DNA of 64,000 nucleotides from Vulcanimicrobiota bacterium (lineage in GTDB: Bacteria; Vulcanimicrobiota; Xenobia; Xenobiales; JADMJV01): assembly GCA_050250895.1 (NCBI GenBank), contig JBFWNU010000010.1:64001-128000 (forward strand), read 5' to 3'. The notes under the pieces were generated by a model. That model was given only the letters and a program-made list of their open reading frames with translations. It did not search any database and had not been told where the DNA came from. The position numbers and the translations under genes are program-made. Positions 36,021 to 45,241 of this stretch are shown one piece after another (the stretch's first letter is position 1; each line of letters begins with the position of its first letter).

Positions 36021-36920
36021 TCACACCCTGAAATCGCTGGCCACCTTCGGCCGGGCGGCGGCTGGGCTGGGCAGGCTTGGGCTGGGCTGGCCTGGGCTGG
36101 CCGGCGGGCGGCGGGGGATCACCCCGAGAAATCGCTGGCCACCTTCGGTCGAGCTGGCCGGGCGGCGGCTGGGCTGGGCTGGCTTGGGCTGGCTGGCGGG
36201 CGGCGGGGGATCACCCCGAGAAATCGCTGGCCACCTTCGGCCGAGCTGCCCGGGCGGCGGCTGGCTTGGGCTGGCTGGCGGGCGGCCGGGTTTCACCCGA
36301 GAGTCGCGGTGTGAAGGTCGGTTTTGGGGGTTCACCCCGAGAAATCGCGGGGTGAAGGCCGGTTTTGGGGGTTCACCCCGAGAATCGCGGTGTGAAGGTC
36401 GGTTTTGGGGGTTCACCCCGAGAAATCGCGGGGTGAAGGTCGATTTTGGGGGTTCACCCCGAGAAATCGCGGGGTGAAGGCCGGTTTTGGGGGTCACCCC
36501 GAGAATCGCGGTGTGAAGGTCGATTTTGGGGGTTCACCCCGAGAAATCGCGGGGTGAAGGCCGGTTTTGGGGGTCACCCCGAGAATCGCGGTGTGAAGGT
36601 CGGTTTTGGGGGTTCACCCCGTGAATCGCGGTGTGAAGGTCGGTTTTGGGGGTTCACCCCGAGAATCGCGGTGTGAAGGTCGATTTTGGGGGGTCACCCC
36701 GAGAATCGCGGTGTGAAGGTCGATTTTGGGGGTTCACCCCGAGAAATCGCTGGCGCCACCTTCGGCCGAGTTGGCCGGGCGGCGGCTGGCTTGGGCTGGC
36801 TGGCGGGCGGCGGGGGTTTCACCCCGAGAAATCGCTGGCGCCACCTCCGGCCGAGTTTGCCGGGGCGGCGGCTGGCTTGGGCTGGCTGGCGGGCGGCGGG
36901 GGATCACCCCGAGAAGATCG
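36021..36920. repeat. Composite intergenic tandem array: 17 copies of core TCACCCCGAGAA(A)TCGC arranged as 3 long units, 11 x 39-41 bp hairpin units, 2 long units and a terminal core
   Basis: Short unit GGGGGTTCACCCCGAGAAATCGCGGGGTGAAGGCCGGTTTT with TTCACCCCG/CGGGGTGAA stem; long unit continues TGGCCACCTTCGGCCGAG..(GGCTG)n..GGCGGCGGGGGA. Confidence 0.95.
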
Positions 36921-36947
36921 CGTGGGGTCTCCCCAAGGGGCTTGTAT

Positions 36948-36970
36948 CCATACCATACTGTATGGTATGG
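36948..36970. promoter_or_regulatory. Putative TetR operator, perfect palindrome CCATACCATAC-T-GTATGGTATGG
   Basis: 11-bp arms, 1-nt spacer; overlaps -10-like TATGGT 6 nt upstream of TetR ATG. Confidence 0.85.
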
Positions 36971-36977
36971 TGGCGAT

Positions 36978-37484
36978 ATGGAAACCTGGCTGGAAGCGGG
37001 GATGGATGTGCTGGTCGAGGCTGGCCATGCCGGTCTTACCATCGAGCGCTTGTGCAAAGCCACAGGCAAGACCAAGGGCTCGTTCTACCATCACTTCGCC
37101 AACATCGAGGCTTTCCGCCATCGTTTGCTCGAACACTGGCAGGCCACCCACACCCAGGAGTTGATCGCGGCCACGTCCGGCGATGACCCCACCGCAGCCT
37201 TGCGCTCGCTCGCGCGTCTGACGGGCCAATTGCCCTACGCTCGCGAGGCCGCCTTTCGGATCTGGGCTAACCGTGACCGTCAGGCCGCGGCGCTGGTGGC
37301 CATGGTCGACCAGGCTAGAGTCGGGCATGTAGCCTGGTTGCTACAACGGCTGGGGCATTCCGAGGCCGAAGCCCACGAACTGGCCTGGTTCGAGTACGCC
37401 CTCTTTGTCGGGATGGCCCAATTGGGCTTGCCGACCGACCAGCGACGACGACTGCGCGACCTGCTAGAAAGGAAGCTCTTATGA
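36978..37484 (+). CDS. TetR/AcrR family transcriptional regulator
   Basis: METWLEAGMDVLVEAGHAGLTIERLCKATGKTKGSFYHHF HTH. Confidence 0.92.
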   Translation: METWLEAGMDVLVEAGHAGLTIERLCKATGKTKGSFYHHFANIEAFRHRLLEHWQATHTQELIAATSGDDPTAALRSLARLTGQLPYAREAAFRIWANRDRQAAALVAMVDQARVGHVAWLLQRLGHSEAEAHELAWFEYALFVGMAQLGLPTDQRRRLRDLLERKLL

Positions 37485-37957
37485 TCGACTGGAGAACCGT
37501 GCGCCGCTTCGTTCACCGGCGCACCTATTTTTGCGCGGTGGGGGTGCTCGAACAGGGCGCCGTCAGGCTCTTCCCCATCGGATCGTTGCGCCTCGACAAC
37601 GAGGGCAATGCAACCTATTTCGAAGTCTTCGCCCGGCCGGTCGAAGAAGGTCAGGCCGTGACCTTTCTGGCGGTGGACATGAATCCTTGGTTCTGGTTGG
37701 TGTCGTTGCTGCGAGGAAGGTTCGCCCGCCCGCCAGCGATTCGAATGCAGGGCACCCTCGGCCCTCGACGGCTGGCCACCGATGACGAGAAGGCTCGCTT
37801 TCATCGAGCCGTTGGCTGGCTTCGCTATACTCCCGGAGGTCGTTTGCTCTGGTTTGATGCCAAGCATGCTCGTGAGGTCCGACTGCACCGGGCCGGGGCC
37901 GTGCGAGCCGGTCGCATGACTCGCGGGCTCGAGGAGTGGGTCGTCGAAAAAGTGTAA
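37481..37957 (+). CDS. Hypothetical protein, possibly pyridoxamine 5'-phosphate oxidase-like split barrel
   Basis: FPIGSLRL, FWLVSLLRGRFARPPAIR; ATGA-coupled to TetR. Confidence 0.6.
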   Translation: MIDWRTVRRFVHRRTYFCAVGVLEQGAVRLFPIGSLRLDNEGNATYFEVFARPVEEGQAVTFLAVDMNPWFWLVSLLRGRFARPPAIRMQGTLGPRRLATDDEKARFHRAVGWLRYTPGGRLLWFDAKHAREVRLHRAGAVRAGRMTRGLEEWVVEKV

Positions 37958-38032
37958 CGTTTTGTTCACATCGAGCGAATCGCTTCAACCTTGATTCTAC
38001 CTGGTGCCCCTATGATGGTGGTGGAGGTAGGG

Positions 38033-38332
38033 ATGAAACAACTGCAAGACCGCCGCCGCGTTGCGCGCCACAGCAACGCTATCCCGGCTGTGCTCGACGG
38101 AGCCAGCCGAGCCGAGATTCTCGATTTGAGCGCCACTGGAGCCCGCGTGATGCTCCGGGCCGAGGAGTTCTTTCCGAACTTCGAGTTGAGGTTCCAGTTC
38201 AAGGGGTGCCTGGTTCACGCCGTGTGCGAGGCCGGCTGGTGTGAGTGCACAGGCGAGCATCTGGTTTGCGGAGTCAAGTTTCGCCAGGTCTCTCCGGGCC
38301 TGGAACGGAGCCTGCGTCGCCCGGCCGCCTAG
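38033..38332 (+). CDS. PilZ domain protein
   Basis: DRRRVAR (RxxxR) and DLSATG (DxSxxG); GVKF; GGAGG RBS. Confidence 0.85.
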   Translation: MKQLQDRRRVARHSNAIPAVLDGASRAEILDLSATGARVMLRAEEFFPNFELRFQFKGCLVHAVCEAGWCECTGEHLVCGVKFRQVSPGLERSLRRPAA

Positions 38333-38363
38333 GCAAGCCGGCTGGACCGTGTCAGGCTTGGGC

Positions 38364-39572
38364 TCATTCGATCTTGACCGACTCGACCTCGTGGACATAG
38401 GCAGCGTCGACGAGTCGCTTGGCTTGACCTTCGAGCACCAGGCGAACGGGAAGTCCAGACCGGGGTGAGGCAAGACCAAACACCTGGAGAAGCGCCTGGT
38501 CAGGCATGTCGATCAGACAGGTGTCGCCGTCGGCCGACAGCAGGACATCCGTCTTGTTGTGCACCAGGTGAAAGGCGGGGCGCCCCTGTAGGCCGGCCTC
38601 GGTCCAGGCGTCGTGAAGAGAGTCATTGCTGGGCAGCGGGTATCTGATCCATTTCTGATGCCTGGACGCCAGTCGAGCTCTCTCGATTTCGGCCAACACT
38701 TCGTTCCAATCCAGGCCTTCTGAGGCGGTGAAGGTGAAAGTGGCGTATTTGACGGCCACGGGCCCAACCTGAAAGAGGCTCACCGCCCACTCCTGTTCCT
38801 GAATCGGGTCGAAGGCCACTACCTCGTAGTAGGAGTCGGCGAGTTGCGTGTAGCCCGGCCACGACTGGTGGGACTCTTCGAGCCATTGGCGCCCCCAGTC
38901 CACGCCGAGCCGGTAGGCTTGTTCGTCATAGAAGCTTTCGTTCCATTCGCTCCAATCGTCGAGGGCGCCCGAGTTTCGGCCGTAAATCGGGCAGAAGACT
39001 CTCCCGAGTTGGCTAAGCTTGGGACATCGCGTCTCCCACTGCATGTTATCGGCCTCGACCTGCCATACCGGAAACAGTCGCGGGGCGGAACTGGCATTGG
39101 TCCTGGCTGATAACCGAAGGTTGGGTTCACCGCCAAGCTCGAGCACAACCTCATATTGAAAATCTGAGCTAGGACGGCTGTCGGCCCTATCTCGGGCGGC
39201 GGCTGCCAGGTCGATTGTCGGCGGCTCACCGCCAAGCCATGGGAATCGCTCCCGCGCCTTTGTCAGTAGCAGTTGCTCATCGGCCACAAAGCCCACCTCT
39301 GCCAGAAGATCGCATGGTTGACGACTAGCCATAGCGGCCTGGCGCAAGGCGTTCATCTCTTCGACCGGGATTATCGAGAGGGGCGAACGATAGTAGGCGC
39401 CTTCGCGTTGCCAGATGAGTGACTTGGCTTGAGCCGGGCCCTGGATGATCACCTCGATGCGGTCACCCGGCGAGAGGTCTCGCAGCGGTCGGGGATAGGC
39501 CCACAAAGCAGCCGCGGCCACGACCAGCAGCAACGCAGCTGGAGCCAGCCGGCTGGATCGTCTCGGGCTCAC
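38364..39572 (-). CDS. Membrane-anchored hypothetical protein, tandem paralog 2
   Basis: GTGA overlap with upstream paralog; TM LLLVVAAAALWAYPRPLRDLSPG; ends YVHEVESVKIE. Confidence 0.75.
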   Translation of the reverse strand: MSPRRSSRLAPAALLLVVAAAALWAYPRPLRDLSPGDRIEVIIQGPAQAKSLIWQREGAYYRSPLSIIPVEEMNALRQAAMASRQPCDLLAEVGFVADEQLLLTKARERFPWLGGEPPTIDLAAAARDRADSRPSSDFQYEVVLELGGEPNLRLSARTNASSAPRLFPVWQVEADNMQWETRCPKLSQLGRVFCPIYGRNSGALDDWSEWNESFYDEQAYRLGVDWGRQWLEESHQSWPGYTQLADSYYEVVAFDPIQEQEWAVSLFQVGPVAVKYATFTFTASEGLDWNEVLAEIERARLASRHQKWIRYPLPSNDSLHDAWTEAGLQGRPAFHLVHNKTDVLLSADGDTCLIDMPDQALLQVFGLASPRSGLPVRLVLEGQAKRLVDAAYVHEVESVKIE

Positions 39573-40774
39573 TCGATCTTGACCGACTCGATCTCGTGGA
39601 CGTAGGGGTCGCGCGGTGCCAGCCGCGCCTTGCCGTGGTCGATGATCACTTTGTACCAAGCGTTGCTCGGCTCGATGGACAGGCCAAAGGTTTGAATAGC
39701 CTCGGCAGCCGAACAGTCGGCCAGACAGACCTGACCGTCTCGCGAGAGCAGAAAGTCCTGACCGTTGCCCTCGAAACCGAAGGCAGGCTCGCCCTCGAGT
39801 TTGGCCGCTGCCCAGCTCTGGCGACCAAAATCCTCACACGGGGTGAGTCGTACGGGTAGCTTGACCCACGGTTGCTGAGCCAGCGCCTCGGTGGCGTCCT
39901 TCAGTTCGATCTTCACCTGGCCCCAGTCGAGGCCTTGGTTCGGGTCGAAAGCGATGACCGCTTGATGGATGACCCGGTCGTCGCGTTCGAGGCTGACGGC
40001 CCAGTTCGAATCGAATCGGCTTACAAACTCGGTGATGGTCGCGTTGAGTTCCTCGTAGCCAGGCCAGAACTTCGAGGCGGCATACAGCGACTCTCGCCCC
40101 CACGTTTCCGCGAGTCGATCTATCTGCTGATCGTAGAAGCGTTGATTCCAGTCTGAGGTATCGAGCGGATGCTGCTCACCGTCGCGCGTCGCGGGGCACA
40201 GCTCGCGAAGGAAGTAGCTCATCATTGGATGGCGAGTCTGCCAGTGGACATTTCCGGCCTCCACCGTCCAAGTCGGAAAACAGCTCGATAGCGGATCTAC
40301 ACTTGTCGCACCCGTGAGTCGAATTTCGGGTTTTCCTCCCAGGTTAATCTCGAATCGGATCTGCGAAGGAACAGTTGGGGTTTGTTTGGCTGCTTGGCGA
40401 GCGGCGGCGTCAAGGTCCACGTGCGGGGGATCCCCGGTCAGCCACGGGTGCCGCTGGCGGACCCCTTTCACCAAATAATCTTCTTTGGCGAGAAAGCCGA
40501 CCTCGTTCAGGGGATCACATGGCTCCTGGCTGGCCAAAATCAACCTCCGGAGATAGACGATATCGCTCATGGTAATACGCCGATCCCCACTTTGATAGAC
40601 ATCTCCCTCGCGTTGCCAAAGAAATGAATCGGCTTGGGCCGGTCCCTTGACGAGCACTTCGATGCGCTCGCCGGGCGACAGGTCGCGCAGCGGTCGGGGA
40701 TAGGCCCAAACAGCGGCGGCCGCCACCACGATGAGCAGCGACCAGCCGACGCCGAAGCGGGCTCTGCGGGTCAT
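39569..40774 (-). CDS. Membrane-anchored hypothetical protein, tandem paralog 1
   Basis: LLIVVAAAAVWAYPRPLRDLSPG...YVHEIESVKIE; colinear with 38364-39572. Confidence 0.78.
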   Translation of the reverse strand: MTRRARFGVGWSLLIVVAAAAVWAYPRPLRDLSPGERIEVLVKGPAQADSFLWQREGDVYQSGDRRITMSDIVYLRRLILASQEPCDPLNEVGFLAKEDYLVKGVRQRHPWLTGDPPHVDLDAAARQAAKQTPTVPSQIRFEINLGGKPEIRLTGATSVDPLSSCFPTWTVEAGNVHWQTRHPMMSYFLRELCPATRDGEQHPLDTSDWNQRFYDQQIDRLAETWGRESLYAASKFWPGYEELNATITEFVSRFDSNWAVSLERDDRVIHQAVIAFDPNQGLDWGQVKIELKDATEALAQQPWVKLPVRLTPCEDFGRQSWAAAKLEGEPAFGFEGNGQDFLLSRDGQVCLADCSAAEAIQTFGLSIEPSNAWYKVIIDHGKARLAPRDPYVHEIESVKIE

Positions 40775-41235
40775 TCCGTGGCGGCGGGAACGGCCTCGAG
40801 GTCGACCTCGGCCGGCGCGGCCGCTTCGGGAGCACCGTCAGGGAAGAGGTCGAACGTCTTTCCGTCTGACATCGTCAGCGTCCCCTCGAGCACCCGCTCT
40901 TCTTCGGGGCTGACCGTTTCGGTCTTGCACTCTAGCACTCCATTGCCTTTGCTACCCGTGATGTTCAGCGAATAGACATCGTCGGGCAACTCGCCCGAGG
41001 CGACCCAGTTGATATCACAGCTCTGGATCTCACCGATGTGTTCTTGGATAACGGGGTTGGTGCGCAGAGCTGCCCCGATCTGGGTCTCGAGCAAGCCTAC
41101 GCCCCACCAGATAAAGGCGGCTATGGCGGCTACCACGATACCGGCCACGACCGAGCCGGCCACCGCGCAGCCGCACCCCCACTTCAGGCCGTTACCAAAA
41201 GAGTCGTTCTGCGGCTGTTGGGCATAATTTTCCAT
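40771..41235 (-). CDS. Coa1-like single-TM protein
   Basis: KWGCGC + TM; ALRTNPVIQEHIGEI; ITGSKGNGVL. Confidence 0.6.
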   Translation of the reverse strand: MENYAQQPQNDSFGNGLKWGCGCAVAGSVVAGIVVAAIAAFIWWGVGLLETQIGAALRTNPVIQEHIGEIQSCDINWVASGELPDDVYSLNITGSKGNGVLECKTETVSPEEERVLEGTLTMSDGKTFDLFPDGAPEAAAPAEVDLEAVPAATE

Positions 41236-41337
41236 CTTCCATGATTTGGCGTCTACGGGCCGGGCACCTTCCACCTCGGTCTGTAAGTGGCAGTCTCTGC
41301 GAAGGTAAGTTGTCCTCTCGGGTCAAACTACAAATCT

Positions 41338-42084
41338 GTGAAAAAGACTTTCCTTTTGTTGACCTCTCTCCTCTTTCTCTCGATGCTGGCCTGGGCCGAT
41401 CCCGAGGACGCCTTCGAGGCCGGCAATCGAGCCCTCGAGGCCAAGAATTATCAGGAAGCTCTCGAGTTCTACCGCCAGTCGCTGGCCGAGGGCGAGACCG
41501 AGAGTACGCTCTGGAATGCCGGACTGGCCGCCTATCTGAGCGGCCAGGCCGAGGCGGCGCTGGAGTATTGGTCCAAGCTCAAGCAGTTTGCCCCTGACGA
41601 CCTGCGCCTGCGGGGCAAGCTGATCCAGGCCTATGAACTCAAGGGCGACAAGGTCAACCGCGACCGGGAGCGAGCCGAGTTAGTCGAACTCTGGCGTTCG
41701 TCTCGGGCCGACGATGACGAGCCTTTCTTCTGTCGCGATCAGTTCCAGGCTGGCGGTAACCGTGTCATGGTCTTCGAGAACTATGAACTCGAGGGCCCCC
41801 GCGCGGTCAAATACACGTTCATCGTGCTCCAGCCTGAGGTCGACGAAGAGGATTATCGCATCTCGCTGGGCTCCTACGATGTCACCAACCAGCTCGCCCA
41901 CGAACTGGGCGAGGTCGCCGAGGGTGAGCGGGCTTATCATCTCGACGGGTACTACGACGAGGGGGCCCGCCACGCAACCTTCGAGATGTTCAAGAAAGAG
42001 CCCGACTACGACACCGTCAAAGCCATGGTGGTCGAGATCCTCGAAGGCAAGCGCGAGGCCGTTTCAAGCTCCGAGCGGGGCTAA
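41338..42084 (+). CDS. Secreted TPR-repeat protein
   Basis: (M)KKTFLLLTSLLFLSMLAWA signal; AFEAGNRALEAKNYQEALEFY; LWNAGLAAY. Confidence 0.8.
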   Translation: MKKTFLLLTSLLFLSMLAWADPEDAFEAGNRALEAKNYQEALEFYRQSLAEGETESTLWNAGLAAYLSGQAEAALEYWSKLKQFAPDDLRLRGKLIQAYELKGDKVNRDRERAELVELWRSSRADDDEPFFCRDQFQAGGNRVMVFENYELEGPRAVKYTFIVLQPEVDEEDYRISLGSYDVTNQLAHELGEVAEGERAYHLDGYYDEGARHATFEMFKKEPDYDTVKAMVVEILEGKREAVSSSERG

Positions 42085-43055
42085 CCGCCTTCGATGGCCT
42101 CGAGCAGGCGGCGATAGTCGGGGCTGCGGGCCTTCATCTCGTCGATGAGCGGGCGCACCCGCTCGGCGAAGAGCGATTTGTCGACCTGGTGAAACTCGAC
42201 TCCCAGGGCGGCTGCCTGGGCCCGGTGGTCGGCCATGGCCTCGTCCCACAGCCGCCGCTGCACCAGCTTTGACTGCTCGGCCGCGTGAGACACCAGTTCG
42301 CGCTGGACGGGCGAAAGGCGTGACCACACGGCCGTGCTTACCACCAGTACGTCCGGGGCACAGATGTGCTCGTCTTCAGAGTAGTGCTTGGCGATCTCGC
42401 CGTGGCGGCTCAGGGTGAGGGCGGTCAGGTTGTTTTCGGCTCCGTCGATGACGTGCTGCTGCATGGCCGTGTAGATCTCGCCGTAGGCCATAGGGGCGGG
42501 CGAGCCTCCCAAAAGCTCGGTCATGCGAATGGCCGTCTGGCTGCCCATCACCCGCAGCTTGAGGCCGGCCAGGTCTTCGGGGCGCAGGATAGGACGGTCT
42601 GCGTAGAAGCTGCGGGTGCCGCTATTGTAATAGGTGAGCCCGCGGATGCGTTGCTCGACCGCCGCCTCGAGAAGTTCTTTGCCGACGGGCCCGTCGAGCA
42701 CCCGGTAGGCGTGGGTCTGGTCGCGAAAGACATAGGGAGCGTTGAGCACCCCGAAGAGGGGAGCAAACGACTCGAGCGATAGACTCGAGACCTTGGTGAA
42801 GGCCACCGCTCCCAGCTGCAACTGCTCGAGCACCTCGCGCTCGCTGCCCAGCTGGCCGTTGGGATAGACCTCGACCCGAAGCTGGCCGCCGCTCTCCTGG
42901 GTGACGCGCTGAGCGAAGTCGACCAGACCCAGGTGAACGGGGTGGGTGACATCCAGGTTGTGGGCCAGGATCAGGGTCTGGCGCTGTTGCAGCGGGCCGA
43001 GCCCCGAGAGCACGGCTACCAGCACGGCCAGGGTTACCAACCAGAAGGCTCTCAT
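42081..43055 (-). CDS. dctP: TRAP transporter substrate-binding protein
   Basis: VYPNGQLGSERE, DLAGLKLRV, MAYGEIYTAMQQHVIDGAENN. Confidence 0.93.
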   Translation of the reverse strand: MRAFWLVTLAVLVAVLSGLGPLQQRQTLILAHNLDVTHPVHLGLVDFAQRVTQESGGQLRVEVYPNGQLGSEREVLEQLQLGAVAFTKVSSLSLESFAPLFGVLNAPYVFRDQTHAYRVLDGPVGKELLEAAVEQRIRGLTYYNSGTRSFYADRPILRPEDLAGLKLRVMGSQTAIRMTELLGGSPAPMAYGEIYTAMQQHVIDGAENNLTALTLSRHGEIAKHYSEDEHICAPDVLVVSTAVWSRLSPVQRELVSHAAEQSKLVQRRLWDEAMADHRAQAAALGVEFHQVDKSLFAERVRPLIDEMKARSPDYRRLLEAIEGG

Positions 43056-45241
43056 ACCACCACCAGCTCGTAGTCGGGCTGATACGACCCCTCGAGACGC
43101 ACCTGGCCGGTCGAATTAAAGTGGATACGCAAGAACTGACCCTGGCGATAGTTGTAAGTCACGCCGTCGTCGTCATAGAAGGTGGTCTCGAAGGGGCCGC
43201 CTTCGAAGGCGTGCAACTCGCGCCGGCCGGGGGCCGCCAGAAATAGGGCCGAGCCGCCGCGCACCAGCAGGGGGATGCTGTCGAGGGGGGCCTCGAGGGT
43301 GACGGATTGACCGCCTGCGTAGTGGGTGCGGGTCCAGAAGTCCCACCAGCCCTGGGGGCAACTGGGTAAGAGGACGTGGCGCCGGGTGGCTCCCGGTTCC
43401 CAGACGGGGGCTATCAGCAGGTTCTCACCCCACAGAAACTCGCTGTCTTGACCGTCTTCATAGTGATAGAAGGTCGGGCGTAATACGGGAGTGTGAAAGC
43501 GGTGGGCTTCGACCATCAGGCTGTAGAGGTGGGGGAGAAAGCGCTGACGCAAAGCCAGGGCCTTTTCGATGGTGGGCCACATTTCGGGGTGCATCCAGGG
43601 CTCGGTGATGGCGGCCTCGGGCTTCCACGAGTTGACCCCAAAGCGCGGATAGAAGGCTCCCACGAAGAACCAGCGGGCCAACAGCTCGGGTTCGGGGGCC
43701 GGACCCGAGAAGCCGCCCACGTCGTGGCCCAGGTTGTAGACTCCCGACATGGACAGGCCCAGGGCCATTTTGTGGTTGTATTCGAGGGTCTCCCAGTGGG
43801 TGCGGTTGTCGCCCGACCAGGTCTGGGCATAGCGCTGCATGCCCGGGCAGCCGCAGCGCGAGATCGACCACACCCGCTGGTCGGGGTGCTGGGCCTGGGT
43901 GACCTCGTGCGAGGCCCGGGTCATCCACTGTGACATCAGAGGCCGCACCAGGCCGATGGGAATGGGCTGGCCAAAGCCGTGGCAGCGGGCCTCGTCGTCC
44001 CAGACCACGTACTCGTTGTTGTCGTTCCAGAGGGCGTCAAAGCCATAGTCGAGCAGCTGGGCTTTGGCCTGGCGCTGCCACCAGGCCACCGTGGCCGGAT
44101 TGCTAAAGTCGAGATGCGAGCCGCGGTTGTCCCAGAATTGCGACACCTCGGGCCCGTCGAGCTCGGAGTCTTGCACGAACAGGTGGCGCACCTCGTCATA
44201 GGCGGGATGGTCGGTCAAGAGCACCGGCTTGACGTTGGCGGCCAGGCGGGTGCCGTGCTCGTGAAAACGGGCGTTGAGGGCTTTGGGGTCGGGGAACTTG
44301 TCGCGGTTCCAGGTGAAGACGTAGCGCTTGCCGTCGCGGCTGGTATAACCCGAGCCGTACTTGAAGGTGGCCACCTCGAGCTGGTGCGCTCGAGCCTGGT
44401 CGAGAAACTGCTCGATGCGTTGTTGGGCCTGGGGGTGGTCGGTGTAGTGCATCGAGGTGGTAGAGTAGCCCAGCGACCATTTCGGGGGCAGGTAGGTGCG
44501 GCCCGTCAGCCAGCAGAACGAGCGGGTGACCTCGAGCAGATTATCGCCGGCGATGAAATACAGGTCGAAATCGCCGTCGGCCGCCCGGTAGGAGGTGAAG
44601 GGGCCATGGTAATTGTCGATCTCCTGGCCCAGGTCGAAAAAGCAATCGGCGAAGTTGTCATAGAACAGGCCGAAGCAGCCCTGGTCGTTTTGCTCGAGAT
44701 AGAAGGGAAAGTGCTTGTAGAGCGGGTCGGTGGTGCGAGCGTCATAGCCCATGGGATCGACGTTGCGCATCTCGAAGCGACGGCCCCGGCGGTCAAGCTC
44801 GCCGCTGCGCTCACCCAGGCCATAGAATCGACTCTCGGGGCGCAGCTGGTGGAAATGCCAGAGACGGTGGTCGCGACGGCCGAAGGCCAGGCCGCCGGTG
44901 GAACGCTCTGTGAGCACCGATTTGCCCAGATAGAACCACTCGAGTCGATAGGGGTCGGGATGGATGCGCAAGCGAACCGGTCCGGTCAGAAAGTCGTTGT
45001 CTTCTCGGTCGAACGAAACGGTGGGCAGCTCAAGGCGGGAAAGGCCCTCCCAGGGCACGCTCTCTTGCCCGCGGGCGATGGACCAGGTGCGAGCCAGGCG
45101 CAGCCGGCCGTGCTTTTGCACCACCACTCTGACGATGGTCGGAGTGAGAGCTTCAACCCTGAGTTGGTGGGCGCCGTCCAGTTGGCCAGTGAGGCCGCCG
45201 GGGCCGGTTTCGAGGCTAGTGAGACGCTCGACGAACTTCAT
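43052..45241 (-). CDS. Glycoside hydrolase family 31 (alpha-glucosidase-like)
   Basis: FYGLGE, DPLYKHFPF, PPKWSLGY, KFPDP, WNDNNE nucleophile, WSGDN acid/base, GHDVGGF. Confidence 0.93.
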   Translation of the reverse strand: MKFVERLTSLETGPGGLTGQLDGAHQLRVEALTPTIVRVVVQKHGRLRLARTWSIARGQESVPWEGLSRLELPTVSFDREDNDFLTGPVRLRIHPDPYRLEWFYLGKSVLTERSTGGLAFGRRDHRLWHFHQLRPESRFYGLGERSGELDRRGRRFEMRNVDPMGYDARTTDPLYKHFPFYLEQNDQGCFGLFYDNFADCFFDLGQEIDNYHGPFTSYRAADGDFDLYFIAGDNLLEVTRSFCWLTGRTYLPPKWSLGYSTTSMHYTDHPQAQQRIEQFLDQARAHQLEVATFKYGSGYTSRDGKRYVFTWNRDKFPDPKALNARFHEHGTRLAANVKPVLLTDHPAYDEVRHLFVQDSELDGPEVSQFWDNRGSHLDFSNPATVAWWQRQAKAQLLDYGFDALWNDNNEYVVWDDEARCHGFGQPIPIGLVRPLMSQWMTRASHEVTQAQHPDQRVWSISRCGCPGMQRYAQTWSGDNRTHWETLEYNHKMALGLSMSGVYNLGHDVGGFSGPAPEPELLARWFFVGAFYPRFGVNSWKPEAAITEPWMHPEMWPTIEKALALRQRFLPHLYSLMVEAHRFHTPVLRPTFYHYEDGQDSEFLWGENLLIAPVWEPGATRRHVLLPSCPQGWWDFWTRTHYAGGQSVTLEAPLDSIPLLVRGGSALFLAAPGRRELHAFEGGPFETTFYDDDGVTYNYRQGQFLRIHFNSTGQVRLEGSYQPDYELVVV

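Noticed and set aside
36021-36920. CRISPR array
   Set aside because: Sequence between the repeated cores is itself repeated (no unique spacers) and no cas genes are present in the window.
36021-36977. ORFs across the repeat array and the long N-terminal extension of TetR (start 36726)
   Set aside because: Translations are repeat-derived; the TetR HTH starts at ATG 36978 behind its operator and -10 box.
43052-45241. Sulfoquinovosidase (YihQ) assignment for the GH31
   Set aside because: Nucleophile motif is WNDNNE rather than the YihQ-type WMADFGE, and no sulfoglycolysis genes are adjacent.
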